The notes: generated by a model not told the origin, from the sequence alone. A DNA stretch of 51,780 nt from Deltaproteobacteria bacterium (GCA_034670305.1 JAXMNT010000055.1:1-51780), one strand, 5' to 3'. Counted from the stretch's first letter, positions 39,171-49,338 are shown. Made by a program: numbers and translations.

Positions 39171-39176
39171 GTCTCT
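39165..39176 (+). repeat. 12-bp direct repeat AATATTGTCTCT, right copy
   Basis: Identical to 37619-37630. Confidence 0.75.
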
Positions 39177-39380
39177 ACGCGAGAGACCAGCAGATGCCTG
39201 CTGGCTCGGGTTCGCCGGACGGGCTCGCGGCTGTTCGCACTTTCACCCACATGGACTAGGGTGTGCGCGTTCCCTGCGTGTCAGGAGAACGCCCTCAGTG
39301 GTGTGGGGGTACACGTCGGCCTGGTCGGCGTGGCTTGGATGAAGTCAGAGGCCCGACTTGGGCGAATGGATGTGTGGATC

Positions 39381-40973
39381 ATGAGAACAACACTTCTCTT
39401 GTTGTGTGGCTTGGCAGTGGCTGTCGGGTGCGGAAAATCAACCTCCACCGAGGAGGACGCGGGCATTCGCTTCGATGCGACGCCCACGGACACGCCCGTG
39501 ATCGAGGACGACGCGGGCGAGGACGCGGGCTCGAGCAGCGACATCGGCGAGAGCTGCCGAGGCGCCGGCGACTGCGAGGACCTCTGCATCGAAGAGTTCC
39601 CGGCCGGCTACTGCAGCGCGGTGTGTGGCGGCGGGTCCGACTGCCCCGACGGCTCGACCTGCATCGACTTCGGTCGCGGCACGGTCCTTTGCCTCGACGA
39701 GTGCGATCCGGCCGCCGAGCGCCCCTGCCGCACCGGCTACGGCTGCACCGACGACTTCCGGGTCGGCAACATCTGCCTCCCCGGATGCACGGACGACACG
39801 GACTGCACGGGCGACCTCGTCTGCGCGACGGACGGTGGCAGCGCAGGCGAAGGCGTGTGCTTCGATCCCGACGCCGAGTTCGGCGACGCCTGCATGGAAG
39901 AGTCGGAGTGTCCCGCCGATGGGTTCTGTCTCGAGGAGGGGTTCTCCGGCTGGCCGGGCGGCGCGTGCATCGGCTTCGGCTGCGATGTGGGCAGCGGAAC
40001 CGGCTGCGAGGGCGACGCGGTGTGCGTTCCTTCCATGCGCGGTGGCGGCCTCTGCATCGATGGATGTGTGACCGGCGACGACTGCCGCGCCGGCTACGAC
40101 TGCCTGCCCTCGGACGACTACCCAGACCGCCTCTCCTGTCGACCGGCGTGCCGTGACGACGACGACTGCGGTGGCGACCGGGTGTGCAACCCGGCCGTCG
40201 GCATCTGCGACGATCCCTTCAGCGGCACCCTCGGCGTCGCGTGTTCGCGCTCCATGGGCGCCTGCACCGGTGGCACCTGCCTCACCGAGTTCGCTTCCGG
40301 GTTCCCGGGTTCCTACTGCTCTTACGTCGGCTGCGACGCGAGTGCCGACGACGCGGGCGATGGATGTCCCGGCGATGGGGTGTGTCTCGCCACCGACGAC
40401 GACGGCACGTTCTGCCTGGACGGATGCGAAGCGGATCGCGACTGCCGCGCGCCCGACTACGAGTGCCGGCCCGTGAATCCCGACGATGCGACCAAGGGCA
40501 TGGGCTGTTTCCCGGCGTGCGACGACGACGATGCCTGCGCCAACGACGGCAGCGATGGCTCGCCCGACTTCAGCTGCAACCCCGGCACGGGGCTGTGCAC
40601 CGACCCGTTCCAACCGGCGCGCCTTGGCGAACCCTGCGAAGACGGCGACGACTGCCCGGGCGGCGCGTGTGTCTCGGAAGCCACGGACGGTTTCCCGGCC
40701 GGCACGTGTGTCTCGGTCGGATGCCGACTGAGTGGCGAGGGTCCAGAGCGCCCGTGCGACGACGGCGGTGTGTGCGTCGACGACGAAGCCGGCGACCCCA
40801 CCCTCGGCGTCTGTCTCGTGGGCTGCACCACCGATACGAGCGGCACCTGCCGACCCGGGTACGCCTGCGTCGCGATCGACGCGGGACCGGACGGCATCTG
40901 CTCCCCGGCCTGTGAGACCGACAGCTGCAGCGGCGCCCGCACCTGCAACGACACGACCGGACTCTGCGAGTAG
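39381..40973 (+). CDS. Cysteine-rich repeat lipoprotein (myxobacterial type)
   Basis: Lipobox AVGC; four repeats containing (F/W)P(A/G)(G/S)xC and many CxxDxDC / CRxGYxC units. Confidence 0.85.
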   Translation: MRTTLLLLCGLAVAVGCGKSTSTEEDAGIRFDATPTDTPVIEDDAGEDAGSSSDIGESCRGAGDCEDLCIEEFPAGYCSAVCGGGSDCPDGSTCIDFGRGTVLCLDECDPAAERPCRTGYGCTDDFRVGNICLPGCTDDTDCTGDLVCATDGGSAGEGVCFDPDAEFGDACMEESECPADGFCLEEGFSGWPGGACIGFGCDVGSGTGCEGDAVCVPSMRGGGLCIDGCVTGDDCRAGYDCLPSDDYPDRLSCRPACRDDDDCGGDRVCNPAVGICDDPFSGTLGVACSRSMGACTGGTCLTEFASGFPGSYCSYVGCDASADDAGDGCPGDGVCLATDDDGTFCLDGCEADRDCRAPDYECRPVNPDDATKGMGCFPACDDDDACANDGSDGSPDFSCNPGTGLCTDPFQPARLGEPCEDGDDCPGGACVSEATDGFPAGTCVSVGCRLSGEGPERPCDDGGVCVDDEAGDPTLGVCLVGCTTDTSGTCRPGYACVAIDAGPDGICSPACETDSCSGARTCNDTTGLCE

Positions 40974-40993
40974 CAGGCTCCACCGAGTGAGAC

Positions 40994-41036
40994 GAGAGCG
41001 CGCCCCGCGACAGCGGCGGCGCGCTTTCTCTTTCTT
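40994..41036 (+). terminator. Rho-independent terminator
   Basis: AGCGCGCC-CCGC-gaca-GCGG-c-GGCGCGCT stem followed by TTCTCTTTCTT. Confidence 0.65.
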
Positions 41037-41079
41037 GCCACCTGCCTTCAGCGCGACACGAACCAGAGGATGCAGCGGC

Positions 41080-41856
41080 CTACCGGGTGCGGAGCGGGGT
41101 CAGCCAGTGCGCGGGCGGGGTGGCGCGCCAGGTCTTGCGGATCGAAGGGTAGGTCACCACACCGAAGCCATCGATCTTCGGGTGGGTCCGGAAGTGGCGG
41201 TACGCGACAGCGCGCACCCGGCCACCCGCGTTGCCTTCGATGAGGTGCAGGGTGTCGCCTTCCACCCGCTCCACGATCGCGCTGTGCCCCCAGGTCGCGG
41301 TGCGCACCCGAACGTAGTCGCCGGGCAACGGGTCAAAGGTGCGGAACGCCGGTGCGTTGTGGTCGACCCAGAGGCCTCGGTCTTCGAACCAGCCGCGGAC
41401 GGAGTTGTTGTTGGTCACGAGCCAGCCACCTTCGTAGCCCCCCGACAGGGGCACGCCGGCGGCGCGGTACACCCACGAGACGAAGTCGCTGCACCACAGG
41501 GCGTCGTCGGGCACGAAGCTGCGCAGCGGGCCTGGGTACGACATCTCGGCTTCGGCACCGACGGATCGCAAGTCGTGGCCGACCTCCGCCCGTGCAATGC
41601 GCACGATCGAGGCGCCCGAGGCCGTGCGACGCGGCGCTTCGAACGGGACGGGCACACACGTCAGTGCGACCGCCATGAACCCGCGCTCACACTGGCAGTA
41701 GGCCTGCTCACGTTCCGCGATGCAGCGCCCGTGGTCGGAGCAGGAGACGTTCGCACACGGGGGCTCCGCGGCCGCGGGGCTCGGTTGTGCGAGCCAGAAC
41801 CCGGCGAACCACAGGCACCCGACACGAAGAAACCCACCTGCGCGAACCGGCGCCAC
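41080..41856 (-). CDS. Secreted CHAP-domain protein with N-terminal EGF-like domain
   Basis: Signal peptide; CANVSCSDHGRC..YCQCERGF..LTC; CHAP motifs WCSDFVSWV, GHSAIV, IEGN. Confidence 0.82.
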   Translation of the reverse strand: MAPVRAGGFLRVGCLWFAGFWLAQPSPAAAEPPCANVSCSDHGRCIAEREQAYCQCERGFMAVALTCVPVPFEAPRRTASGASIVRIARAEVGHDLRSVGAEAEMSYPGPLRSFVPDDALWCSDFVSWVYRAAGVPLSGGYEGGWLVTNNNSVRGWFEDRGLWVDHNAPAFRTFDPLPGDYVRVRTATWGHSAIVERVEGDTLHLIEGNAGGRVRAVAYRHFRTHPKIDGFGVVTYPSIRKTWRATPPAHWLTPLRTR

Positions 41857-41871
41857 CCCAGGTCAGACGCG

Positions 41872-44800
41872 TCAGGAGCGAAAAGGGTCTCGGTGGCGTC
41901 GACGGCGCACCCAGAAACCCAGCAGGCCGAGGCCCACGCCCCATCCCCACCCGGCGGGTCCTTCGCCGCTCGGGACCGCGCAACCGCAGCCCGCGCTGTC
42001 CGCGGGAGGCTCGACACATCCTCCCGCGTCCACATCGCACCCAGCGTCCACTGGCTCCATCGGCTCCGGATAGCCGAAGTCGTCGTTGTCGATGCTCAGG
42101 AGAAACGCCACCAGATCGCCACGCTCCGCGTCGCTCAGCGCGTGGGCATCGCCGTGCCCGGGACGCAGCAACACCTCGTCCAGCGTCGCCGCCGATCCGT
42201 CGTGGAAGTACGGCGCGCCATCGAAGAGCCCGCGCAGCGTGGGCGTGTCGAAACCGGCGAGCGGCCCACCACGTCGCTGCCCCGAAGCCGCCGAGAGGGT
42301 GCCCACCTCGTGGAGCCTCGCGCCCACCGAACCGCTGTCGGTGAGCCGCTCCCCCGCGTGGCAGGTCCGGCACTGAAGGGACTCGAAGGTCGCCCGTCCG
42401 CGGAGCGCCGCCTCGGTCATCGCGCCGTCGGGTGTTCGATGGGGACTGCGCGCGAACTCGTCGAGCGATCCCACGTACGCTGCGAGGGCGTCCAGCGCAT
42501 CGCTCAGCCCGGCTTTGGGCGCCCCGAGCGGATCGGAGCGGTCGTCGGCCAGCCAGTCCTCGTTCGACAGGAACCCGTTCCCCCCGAAGTGCGCCCGGAT
42601 GTCGTTCTCGAAGTCTTGGATCTCGTCGAAGTTCGCCGTCCAGTGCACCGGGCCGTGACCGGTGCCGCGTCGGCCCCGAAGGTCGATCGTATTGCGTACG
42701 CCCTCCCCCCGGTCGGTGAAGTCCCAGGTCCGGGCGTCGTGTCCGCCCCCGGGGTGGCAGCTGCTGCACGCCACGTAGCCGTCGAGGCTCATGCGCCGAC
42801 TGGCCGCGTCGTGAAAGATGCGTTTGCCGGCGAGCACCTGCGGGTCGAGTGGTTCCGCGTCCAAGGTCACCACCTCCGTCACCGCACGCACGACCCCATC
42901 GGCGCCGCTCAGGAGGCCGGACACGTCGTGCACCGCGATGGCGCGCGCAAGGAATCCCTTCACGAACATGTGATCGCCCACGACCACCAATCCGTCCGGG
43001 GTGAACGCGGTCCCGAAGTTCGCGAGCACCCTCCCCGTCGCGACGTCGAACGCGTCGACGCGATGGGTGCCGCGGGTCGCGACGAAGAGCACGTCGCCGC
43101 GGGGTGAGAACGCCACGGCGCTCGGCCCCTCGTGATCGTCGAGATCCATCCGTGCCGCTTCCCGCTCGCGCCCCGACTCGAGATCGATCGCCGACACGAT
43201 CGCCCGCACGGTGTTGTCGGTGTTGAGCGCCAGGCCATCGCGCGCGATCCCGCGTTCGAGGTTGTGGCTCGCCGAAGGCACGAACAGCGAGCGTCCGTCG
43301 GGACTGATCTGCAGCGCTCCGAGCAGGTTGGGCGTGCCTCGGCCTCCGTCGGCGGCGTCTGGACCGAGCCCCCGCCGAAGCGAGATCGTCTCGAGCGTCC
43401 CTCCAGCAGCATCGAGCACGTACACCTCGCCGCGATCGTCCGGGGAGAGGAACCGCGCTGCGTAGATCCGCGCGCCGTCGTGGCGGACGGCCAGGTGATG
43501 GGCCGGTGCGGGGAGGTCGACACGACGACGTTCGCTGCGGCTCGCGGCGTCGAACTCGATCAGCTGCGACGTGCCGCGGGTGGCCACCCAGACCGAGTCG
43601 CCGTGCGCCACGACCGCGATCGGCGCGGCGCCGTACCGGAGCGTGATCGACTCCGCGGGTGCGCCGTCCACGGCCGCATCTCCGACGATCGAGAGCGTGT
43701 CGTCGCCGGTGCACGCCACCCAGAGTTCACCCGTGCTCGGCACCAGCGCGACTGCGTTCGGGGTGCGTCCGACCGACAGGGGCAGCGAGGACGTCCACGC
43801 CGTCGCATCGATGCTGCCGAGTGCATCCGCGTCGGGGTGCACGGTCCACACCCGCGACCGGGCGGCGTCGTAGACGAGCGTCGAGGAGGCCGTCGGCAAA
43901 CCTTCGGTCGGCGGATGGGTCACGATCTGAGAGGCCGAACAGGACCGGGGGCCGGCCGGACCGACCACCCGCAGCACGACGGCGTACCGACCGGGCGCGT
44001 CGTAGGTGTGGGTGACGCCCGGCGTGTCCAAAGGTCCGGCCTCCGCCCCATCCCCGAATCGCCACGTGTAGGTGGCGTCGGCGACGGGGCCCGCCGAGAA
44101 CTCAACGGGCGCGCCGACCAAGGCCGGGACGGGCGGGGCCATGCCGCATGGGGTGACGGTCGCGTCGTCGCCGGTACTGAAGACGCTGCGGAACTCCGAA
44201 GCGATCGCGTTGCCCACCAGATCCCGCACGCCCCCGCCCCGAAGCACGACCTCGTACCGGGTGTCGGGCAAGAGCGGTGCGTCCGGCCAGAAGTTCACCA
44301 CTGTGTCGGAGACCCCGAAGCGGCCAGGGAGCGCCTCCCCATCGACCGGCCGCACCGCGAAGGTCGACGGGTCGAGGGTCCGCACGTCGAGGTGATCGCT
44401 GAAGGCGATGCCCACCCGCGAGCTTGTGGGTAGGTTGGTGCCCCCATCGGCCGGTCGCACGTGCAGCACCTCGGGCGGTTGGGCGTCTCGGGCCGTTTCT
44501 TGAACCGCGATCACCGAGCCGATGTCGACCTCGTCGTCGCTCACGACCAGCAGGTTGCCGATCGGCATCGAGAACTGATCGTCGGTGAACGCGCCGCCGA
44601 AAAAGTCCCGCCGCCCTTCGATCTTGTCCAACCGCACTGGGTGGGCCGGATCGCTCAAATCGAACCGCACGATGCCGGGGTCCGGTCGCAGCAATCCCAG
44701 GAAGAGGCGCCCGTCAGCGAAGCTCAGGTACTCGCTCTCCGCGGTCTCGGTCGTGCCGACCAGTTCGATCGACGAGGGGTCCGAGGTCACGTCGTACGCG

Positions 44801-45570
44801 CGCAGTGGGCTGACGAGGTACGCGTGCCGGCCGTAGAACCCGCCGATGTAAGACTCCGTTTCGGGACGCACGAAGTCGAGCAATGCGGGCGCATCCGGCG
44901 CGGAGATGTCGACCGTCGCGACGCCCGCGTGGTTCTTGGGCGTGGTGACCACGAGCAGATTGCCCATCGCGAACAGCGGCCCGGCGCTGACGCCGCCGAG
45001 CTCCGCGATGGTGAGATGCGCGACGACCAGAGGAGCCCGTGGGTCGGAGGCATCGACCACGTGCAGCCCCGTGTTGGTGCCGCCCACGAAGACGTGGCTG
45101 CCCTGCCAGGCCACGCCCCAGACCGCCTCGGAGTTGTCGCCGTAGTCCACCCCTGGCAGCTCGAGCGCGCTGAGGAGCTCTGGTGCGTCGACGTCGGTCA
45201 CCTCCCAGAGATCGATGCCGCGACCACTGATCGTCGCGAGAAAATGACGTGCGCCGTCGGTCATCCAAGAGACCTGATGGGACTCCGCTTCGCCGTCTCC
45301 GTGGGGACTCGTCAGGGTGGAGATCTCCGTGGGCCGGTACGGATCGGCGATGTCCCAAAACGAATGCACGGCGTTGCCCGCCAGGAGCAGCTGCCCGTTC
45401 ACCACCACCGGCTGGTTGTGGTCGGCCGCGCCCATCGGAGGGCTGATGATCTGCAACCGCTCTGCGGCCGGGTATGTTCGGTGGGGCATGTCCGCGCGCA
45501 CCAGCGTGGTCGCGAACAGCGCGAGGCCGGCCGCTGCGAAGCTGTGACGGAAGCCGCGGCAATTGAACAC
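41872..45570 (-). CDS. Large surface protein: LVIVD repeats, Ig-like (Big_5), PKD, beta-propeller, di-heme cytochrome c peroxidase-like domain, MYXO-CTERM-type tail
   Basis: GLHVVDASDP; WRFGDG..HTYDAPGRY; heme motifs CSSCH and CRTCH; FDTPTLRG..APYFHDGSA; GCGCAV..TM..RRRR. Confidence 0.85.
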   Translation of the reverse strand: MFNCRGFRHSFAAAGLALFATTLVRADMPHRTYPAAERLQIISPPMGAADHNQPVVVNGQLLLAGNAVHSFWDIADPYRPTEISTLTSPHGDGEAESHQVSWMTDGARHFLATISGRGIDLWEVTDVDAPELLSALELPGVDYGDNSEAVWGVAWQGSHVFVGGTNTGLHVVDASDPRAPLVVAHLTIAELGGVSAGPLFAMGNLLVVTTPKNHAGVATVDISAPDAPALLDFVRPETESYIGGFYGRHAYLVSPLRAYDVTSDPSSIELVGTTETAESEYLSFADGRLFLGLLRPDPGIVRFDLSDPAHPVRLDKIEGRRDFFGGAFTDDQFSMPIGNLLVVSDDEVDIGSVIAVQETARDAQPPEVLHVRPADGGTNLPTSSRVGIAFSDHLDVRTLDPSTFAVRPVDGEALPGRFGVSDTVVNFWPDAPLLPDTRYEVVLRGGGVRDLVGNAIASEFRSVFSTGDDATVTPCGMAPPVPALVGAPVEFSAGPVADATYTWRFGDGAEAGPLDTPGVTHTYDAPGRYAVVLRVVGPAGPRSCSASQIVTHPPTEGLPTASSTLVYDAARSRVWTVHPDADALGSIDATAWTSSLPLSVGRTPNAVALVPSTGELWVACTGDDTLSIVGDAAVDGAPAESITLRYGAAPIAVVAHGDSVWVATRGTSQLIEFDAASRSERRRVDLPAPAHHLAVRHDGARIYAARFLSPDDRGEVYVLDAAGGTLETISLRRGLGPDAADGGRGTPNLLGALQISPDGRSLFVPSASHNLERGIARDGLALNTDNTVRAIVSAIDLESGREREAARMDLDDHEGPSAVAFSPRGDVLFVATRGTHRVDAFDVATGRVLANFGTAFTPDGLVVVGDHMFVKGFLARAIAVHDVSGLLSGADGVVRAVTEVVTLDAEPLDPQVLAGKRIFHDAASRRMSLDGYVACSSCHPGGGHDARTWDFTDRGEGVRNTIDLRGRRGTGHGPVHWTANFDEIQDFENDIRAHFGGNGFLSNEDWLADDRSDPLGAPKAGLSDALDALAAYVGSLDEFARSPHRTPDGAMTEAALRGRATFESLQCRTCHAGERLTDSGSVGARLHEVGTLSAASGQRRGGPLAGFDTPTLRGLFDGAPYFHDGSAATLDEVLLRPGHGDAHALSDAERGDLVAFLLSIDNDDFGYPEPMEPVDAGCDVDAGGCVEPPADSAGCGCAVPSGEGPAGWGWGVGLGLLGFWVRRRRHRDPFRS

Positions 45571-45610
45571 AACGGCAGTGTAGCAGCGGAGCCTTGCCGG
45601 AGAGAGGGGG

Positions 45611-47026
45611 TCAAAGCAGGGGCTGTCCGAGGGCGGCGAGCGCGTTTCTGAGCTGGGCCCAGCCGCGCCGCTCGTCCACGTGGGCGTACGCGCGCTGGAT
45701 GCGTGCGTCGATGAGGTCCACGACCTCGGACGCCAGCGCCGTGTCGTAGCACTCCACGTTCAACTCGAAGTTGAGTCGGAGGCTCCTCGGGTCCCAGTTC
45801 GCGGAGCCGAGCAGACACCAACAGCCATCGATGGTCATCAACTTGGAGTGATCGAACGGCGTCGGGGTGCGCCAGATCCGAACGCCCTCGAGCGAGGTCA
45901 CGCGCAACACGTGGTCCATGGCCCAGCCCACCAGCCGAAGGTTCGACCGACCTGGAAGCACCACGTCGACCCGGACCCCGCGACGCGCAGCGACTTCGAG
46001 CGCGCTGAGCAGGCTCGCGTCGGGCAAGAAGTACGGCGTCGCGATGGCCACCCGCTCTTGCGCACAGGCGATGGCAGCCAGCATCACGAGTCGGGCGCGA
46101 TCGATGTCCTCGTCGGGGCCGTCGAGCACGGTGCGGGCGGTGACGGGCCCTTCGATGGCTTCGCCCTTCGACACCCGCTCGGCCCAGGCGTCCCCGATCA
46201 AACGTTCACCGGTGGCGAAGTCCCAGTCTTCGATGAACGCGGTGAGCAGTTGGTGGGCGATCGGACCGACCAGACGAACATGCACGTCGTGGGTCGGACT
46301 CTTCGGCCCGTCGGCGAGCACGTGGTCGGGCCGGATGTTGAGCCCGCCGGTGAACCCCTCGACGCCATCGACGACGAGCAGCTTCCGGTGGTTGCGCAGG
46401 TTCATGTACGGCCAGCGCCAGGGCGCGAACATAGGAAGGAAGCGCGCGACACGGATGCCGCGCTTTCGAAGCACGCGAGAGATCCGTGGGGCGCCATACC
46501 GTTCCCCGGCCGCATCGACGAGCACCCGCACCTGCACGCCGCGTTCGACCGCGGCCGCGAGCGCGTCGACGAACTTCTGACCGGGGCCCTGCAGCTCGAA
46601 GATGTACGACTGCATCGCGATCGACCGTTTGGCCCGGCCGATGGCCTCCAGCATCGCGGGGTAGGCCGCGTCTCCGTCGATCAGGAGCGTCGCGGTGCAG
46701 CCGGCGGTGCGAGGAAAGCGGCACACACCATCGGTGGCGATCGCCAGGGGGCTGCTCGTGGTGGGCGGGACCACGCTCGAACGATCGACGAGCAACCCAG
46801 AGCCCAGCGTGCGGATCCGAGCGCGGCGCGCGATTCGGTTGATGCCGAACAGAATGTACAAGAACGCGCCGATGAGGGGCGAGAGCCAGGCCAAGCCGAT
46901 CCAGGCGAGCGCGAGCTGTGGCTCGGCTTTGCGGGTGAGCGCGTGAACCGTCACGCCGAGCGCCGACACGAGCGCCAGGATGGGCAGTCCGATGCTCAAG
47001 AGTTCGATGATGAGCTCGCGCGCCAC
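45611..47026 (-). CDS. cls: Cardiolipin synthase (phospholipase D family)
   Basis: Two N-terminal TMs; HKD motifs RNHRKLLVVDG and DHSKLMTIDG; TPYFLPD, GSANWDPRS. Confidence 0.88.
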   Translation of the reverse strand: MARELIIELLSIGLPILALVSALGVTVHALTRKAEPQLALAWIGLAWLSPLIGAFLYILFGINRIARRARIRTLGSGLLVDRSSVVPPTTSSPLAIATDGVCRFPRTAGCTATLLIDGDAAYPAMLEAIGRAKRSIAMQSYIFELQGPGQKFVDALAAAVERGVQVRVLVDAAGERYGAPRISRVLRKRGIRVARFLPMFAPWRWPYMNLRNHRKLLVVDGVEGFTGGLNIRPDHVLADGPKSPTHDVHVRLVGPIAHQLLTAFIEDWDFATGERLIGDAWAERVSKGEAIEGPVTARTVLDGPDEDIDRARLVMLAAIACAQERVAIATPYFLPDASLLSALEVAARRGVRVDVVLPGRSNLRLVGWAMDHVLRVTSLEGVRIWRTPTPFDHSKLMTIDGCWCLLGSANWDPRSLRLNFELNVECYDTALASEVVDLIDARIQRAYAHVDERRGWAQLRNALAALGQPLL

Positions 47027-47084
47027 GTGTTCTCACTCGACCGCATTCGTTCCCCCCGGTCAACCGGAGCACGCGGCCAGAGGT

Positions 47085-48605
47085 CTACTCCCAGCGCGGG
47101 GCGTGGACGAAATGTTCGCGCGGTCGGTGCGTCGTCCAGCGATCGAGGATCGCGAGGGTCTCCGGGTCGCCGCTGCCGAGCTTCTCGAAGAGGTAGTCCT
47201 GGATGCCCTTGTGGACCTGGCAGAGCGTCGACTCGCGCATGCGGCCGAGCAACGTGCCCTGGGTCTTGTGCGAGTGGACCGGCGGGATGCCGCAGTAGGG
47301 CTGGTACGTGCAATCCACGCAGTCGGGCTGGCCTTGCAGCTGTCCCGCGATGACCAGCGCACGCACGGTGTCGTGCCCGACGATGTCTCGGTATGCGCTC
47401 GTCGAGACGTGTCCGAGTCGAAAGGTGTCGTCGCCCATCTCGTGAAGCATGCGGCCTTCGTCGCACGTGAAGATGGTGCCGTCGTAGTTGTAGGCGAGCT
47501 GACCGATCCCCGCGCCAGCCGGCTGGCGGATGTCGAGGAAGTTCGGGTCCACCCCGTGCAGGATCTTGGTCAAGAAGATCGCGGCGTAGCGCTCCAGGAT
47601 CTCGACGCCCTGTTTGTTGAGCTCGATCATGTAGTCGACCGCGGCCCGGTAGTAGTCGAGGTACGCGTCGCCTGGGTAGTCGATGCGGCCCGAGGTCTTG
47701 TCCGCAAACCCGAACGGATCGAGCGGCCGGAGAAAGAGCGCCCGACAGCCGAGGCCCACGTACGTGTCGACGAGTTCTTTCCACCGGGGAAGCAGCCCTC
47801 GGGTGGTCGTGACGAGCGCCTCGACGTTGTAGAGCGTCTCGTCGAGTCCGAGCTCCCGGTACCGCTGGTTGATGCGCCTGGTCCACTGGACGGCCAGGTC
47901 GTGGCCCGATGCGCCGTAGGCTTTGGGCAGCTTCCGGATCGCGTCGTGCAAGTCGGGCGGGCCGTCGAGGCTGGTGCAGATCTGCACCCGGTTCTCGATG
48001 AGCCACGCGAGCTTCTCTTCGTCCATCAAGGAGAGGTTCGAGACGAGCGTGAACTCGAGTTCTTTGCCGAGACGCGCGTTCCGTTCGTGTGCCGTCGCCA
48101 CGACGTGTTTCATCGTGTCGAATGCGACCAGCGGTTCGCCGCCCTGGAACTCGATCGTGATCGCGGGGTTGGTCGACTTCAGCACGAAGTCGACGCATTC
48201 GGTCGCGGTGTCCGGTGACATGTCCGTGTGCACGGCGTCCATGTTGGCGCGCGACGCGTGGCAGTAGACGCAGGTCGTGTTGCACCGAAGGGTGACGACC
48301 AGAATGTGCAGGTTGGGTCCGGCGCCGACGAACGCGCGACGCGCCCGGAACATCTTTGCTTCGGCCGGAACGTCGAAGTGGTCGCGCAGCAGGTTGGCAT
48401 CCGCGAGGCGTTGCTTCAGCGGTTCGTCGAGCTCGTTCCGGGTGAAGCGCGCGAACTCGTCCGGCGTGAGGACCGCCCACCGTCCGGCCAAACTCGTCAG
48501 CAAGATCTTGCCACCCGGCAAGCGGCGCATGCGGAACGGCGCGGCGTGGTCGTGGTGGAGTTCCCCCGGCGGCCCCATCGAGAGCAGGTCGACCCGCGCG
48601 CTCAT
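47085..48605 (-). CDS. hxsB: His-Xaa-Ser system radical SAM/SPASM maturase HxsB
   Basis: LHILVVTLRCNTTCVYCHAS, IEFQGGEP, TSLDGP, FLRPLDPFGFA, YNYDGTIFTCDEGRML, CVDCTYQPYCG. Confidence 0.85.
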   Translation of the reverse strand: MSARVDLLSMGPPGELHHDHAAPFRMRRLPGGKILLTSLAGRWAVLTPDEFARFTRNELDEPLKQRLADANLLRDHFDVPAEAKMFRARRAFVGAGPNLHILVVTLRCNTTCVYCHASRANMDAVHTDMSPDTATECVDFVLKSTNPAITIEFQGGEPLVAFDTMKHVVATAHERNARLGKELEFTLVSNLSLMDEEKLAWLIENRVQICTSLDGPPDLHDAIRKLPKAYGASGHDLAVQWTRRINQRYRELGLDETLYNVEALVTTTRGLLPRWKELVDTYVGLGCRALFLRPLDPFGFADKTSGRIDYPGDAYLDYYRAAVDYMIELNKQGVEILERYAAIFLTKILHGVDPNFLDIRQPAGAGIGQLAYNYDGTIFTCDEGRMLHEMGDDTFRLGHVSTSAYRDIVGHDTVRALVIAGQLQGQPDCVDCTYQPYCGIPPVHSHKTQGTLLGRMRESTLCQVHKGIQDYLFEKLGSGDPETLAILDRWTTHRPREHFVHAPRWE

Positions 48606-48826
48606 GAGCTGGCGCCTCGGCGCGACTTCATCGTCAGGCCAAGCGCGTAGTTGCCGATCTCACCGGCCAGGCGACGTTCGCGTGCCTTCGATCCAGACTC
48701 GATCCGGACGATCCACGCGTCGGCTTCCTCGGCGCGCTCGAAAGTCCCGTAGCGCCCGAAGACCTCGAGGGCGGCGTCCACCTGGGTGCCCTCGTACAAG
48801 GTCTTGTCAAAGCGCAACTCCCTCAC
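48602..48826 (-). CDS. HxsD-like small protein
   Basis: FDKTLY..VDAAL..F..GEIGNYAL parallels the adjacent HxsD; GTGA and ATGA couplings on both sides. Confidence 0.7.
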   Translation of the reverse strand: MRELRFDKTLYEGTQVDAALEVFGRYGTFERAEEADAWIVRIESGSKARERRLAGEIGNYALGLTMKSRRGASS

Positions 48827-49326
48827 GTCTCATCGCTTTCGGTGGGCTTCGGCTTGGCGTCGGCCGGCGCGGATTCGCCCTTCTTGCCGTACTTGTCTTC
48901 CCAGCTCTGCGCGATGCCGAGGGGATCTTCGAACGGCTCCTCCGAGAAGTCGAAGTCCTCCAGTTCGTCGAGGCTGGGCGGGCCCATGGCGCCACCGATC
49001 GCCTGCATGGTGACCGCCTCGATGGTGGCGCGGTTGGTCTCGGTGATCTTCGCCCGCCAGGCGCAGGCGAGCAGCTCGTTCGCGAACTCGCCGATCAATG
49101 CGTGGAGTACATCCTCTCCGACCGTGCGATCCTTGGCGCTCAACGTCACACGGATCCGCTCGCCGTCTCGATCGAGAAAGACGAAACAACGGTCGATGAA
49201 CGTGAAGCTCGCTCCGTACACCGCGTCCAGCGGATAGAGCGTCGGGTCCACCTTCAGCTCCACCGCACCTTCGCGAAGGTCGACGGCGACCAACGAAGCG
49301 GGGATTCCTTGGAGGGGCTCACCCAT
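48823..49326 (-). CDS. hxsD: His-Xaa-Ser system protein HxsD
   Basis: VDPTLYPLDAVYGASFTFIDRCFVFL..GEFANELL..R..I; acidic tail with EDPLGIA. Confidence 0.75.
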   Translation of the reverse strand: MGEPLQGIPASLVAVDLREGAVELKVDPTLYPLDAVYGASFTFIDRCFVFLDRDGERIRVTLSAKDRTVGEDVLHALIGEFANELLACAWRAKITETNRATIEAVTMQAIGGAMGPPSLDELEDFDFSEEPFEDPLGIAQSWEDKYGKKGESAPADAKPKPTESDET

Positions 49327-49338
49327 GCGAGGAGCGTA

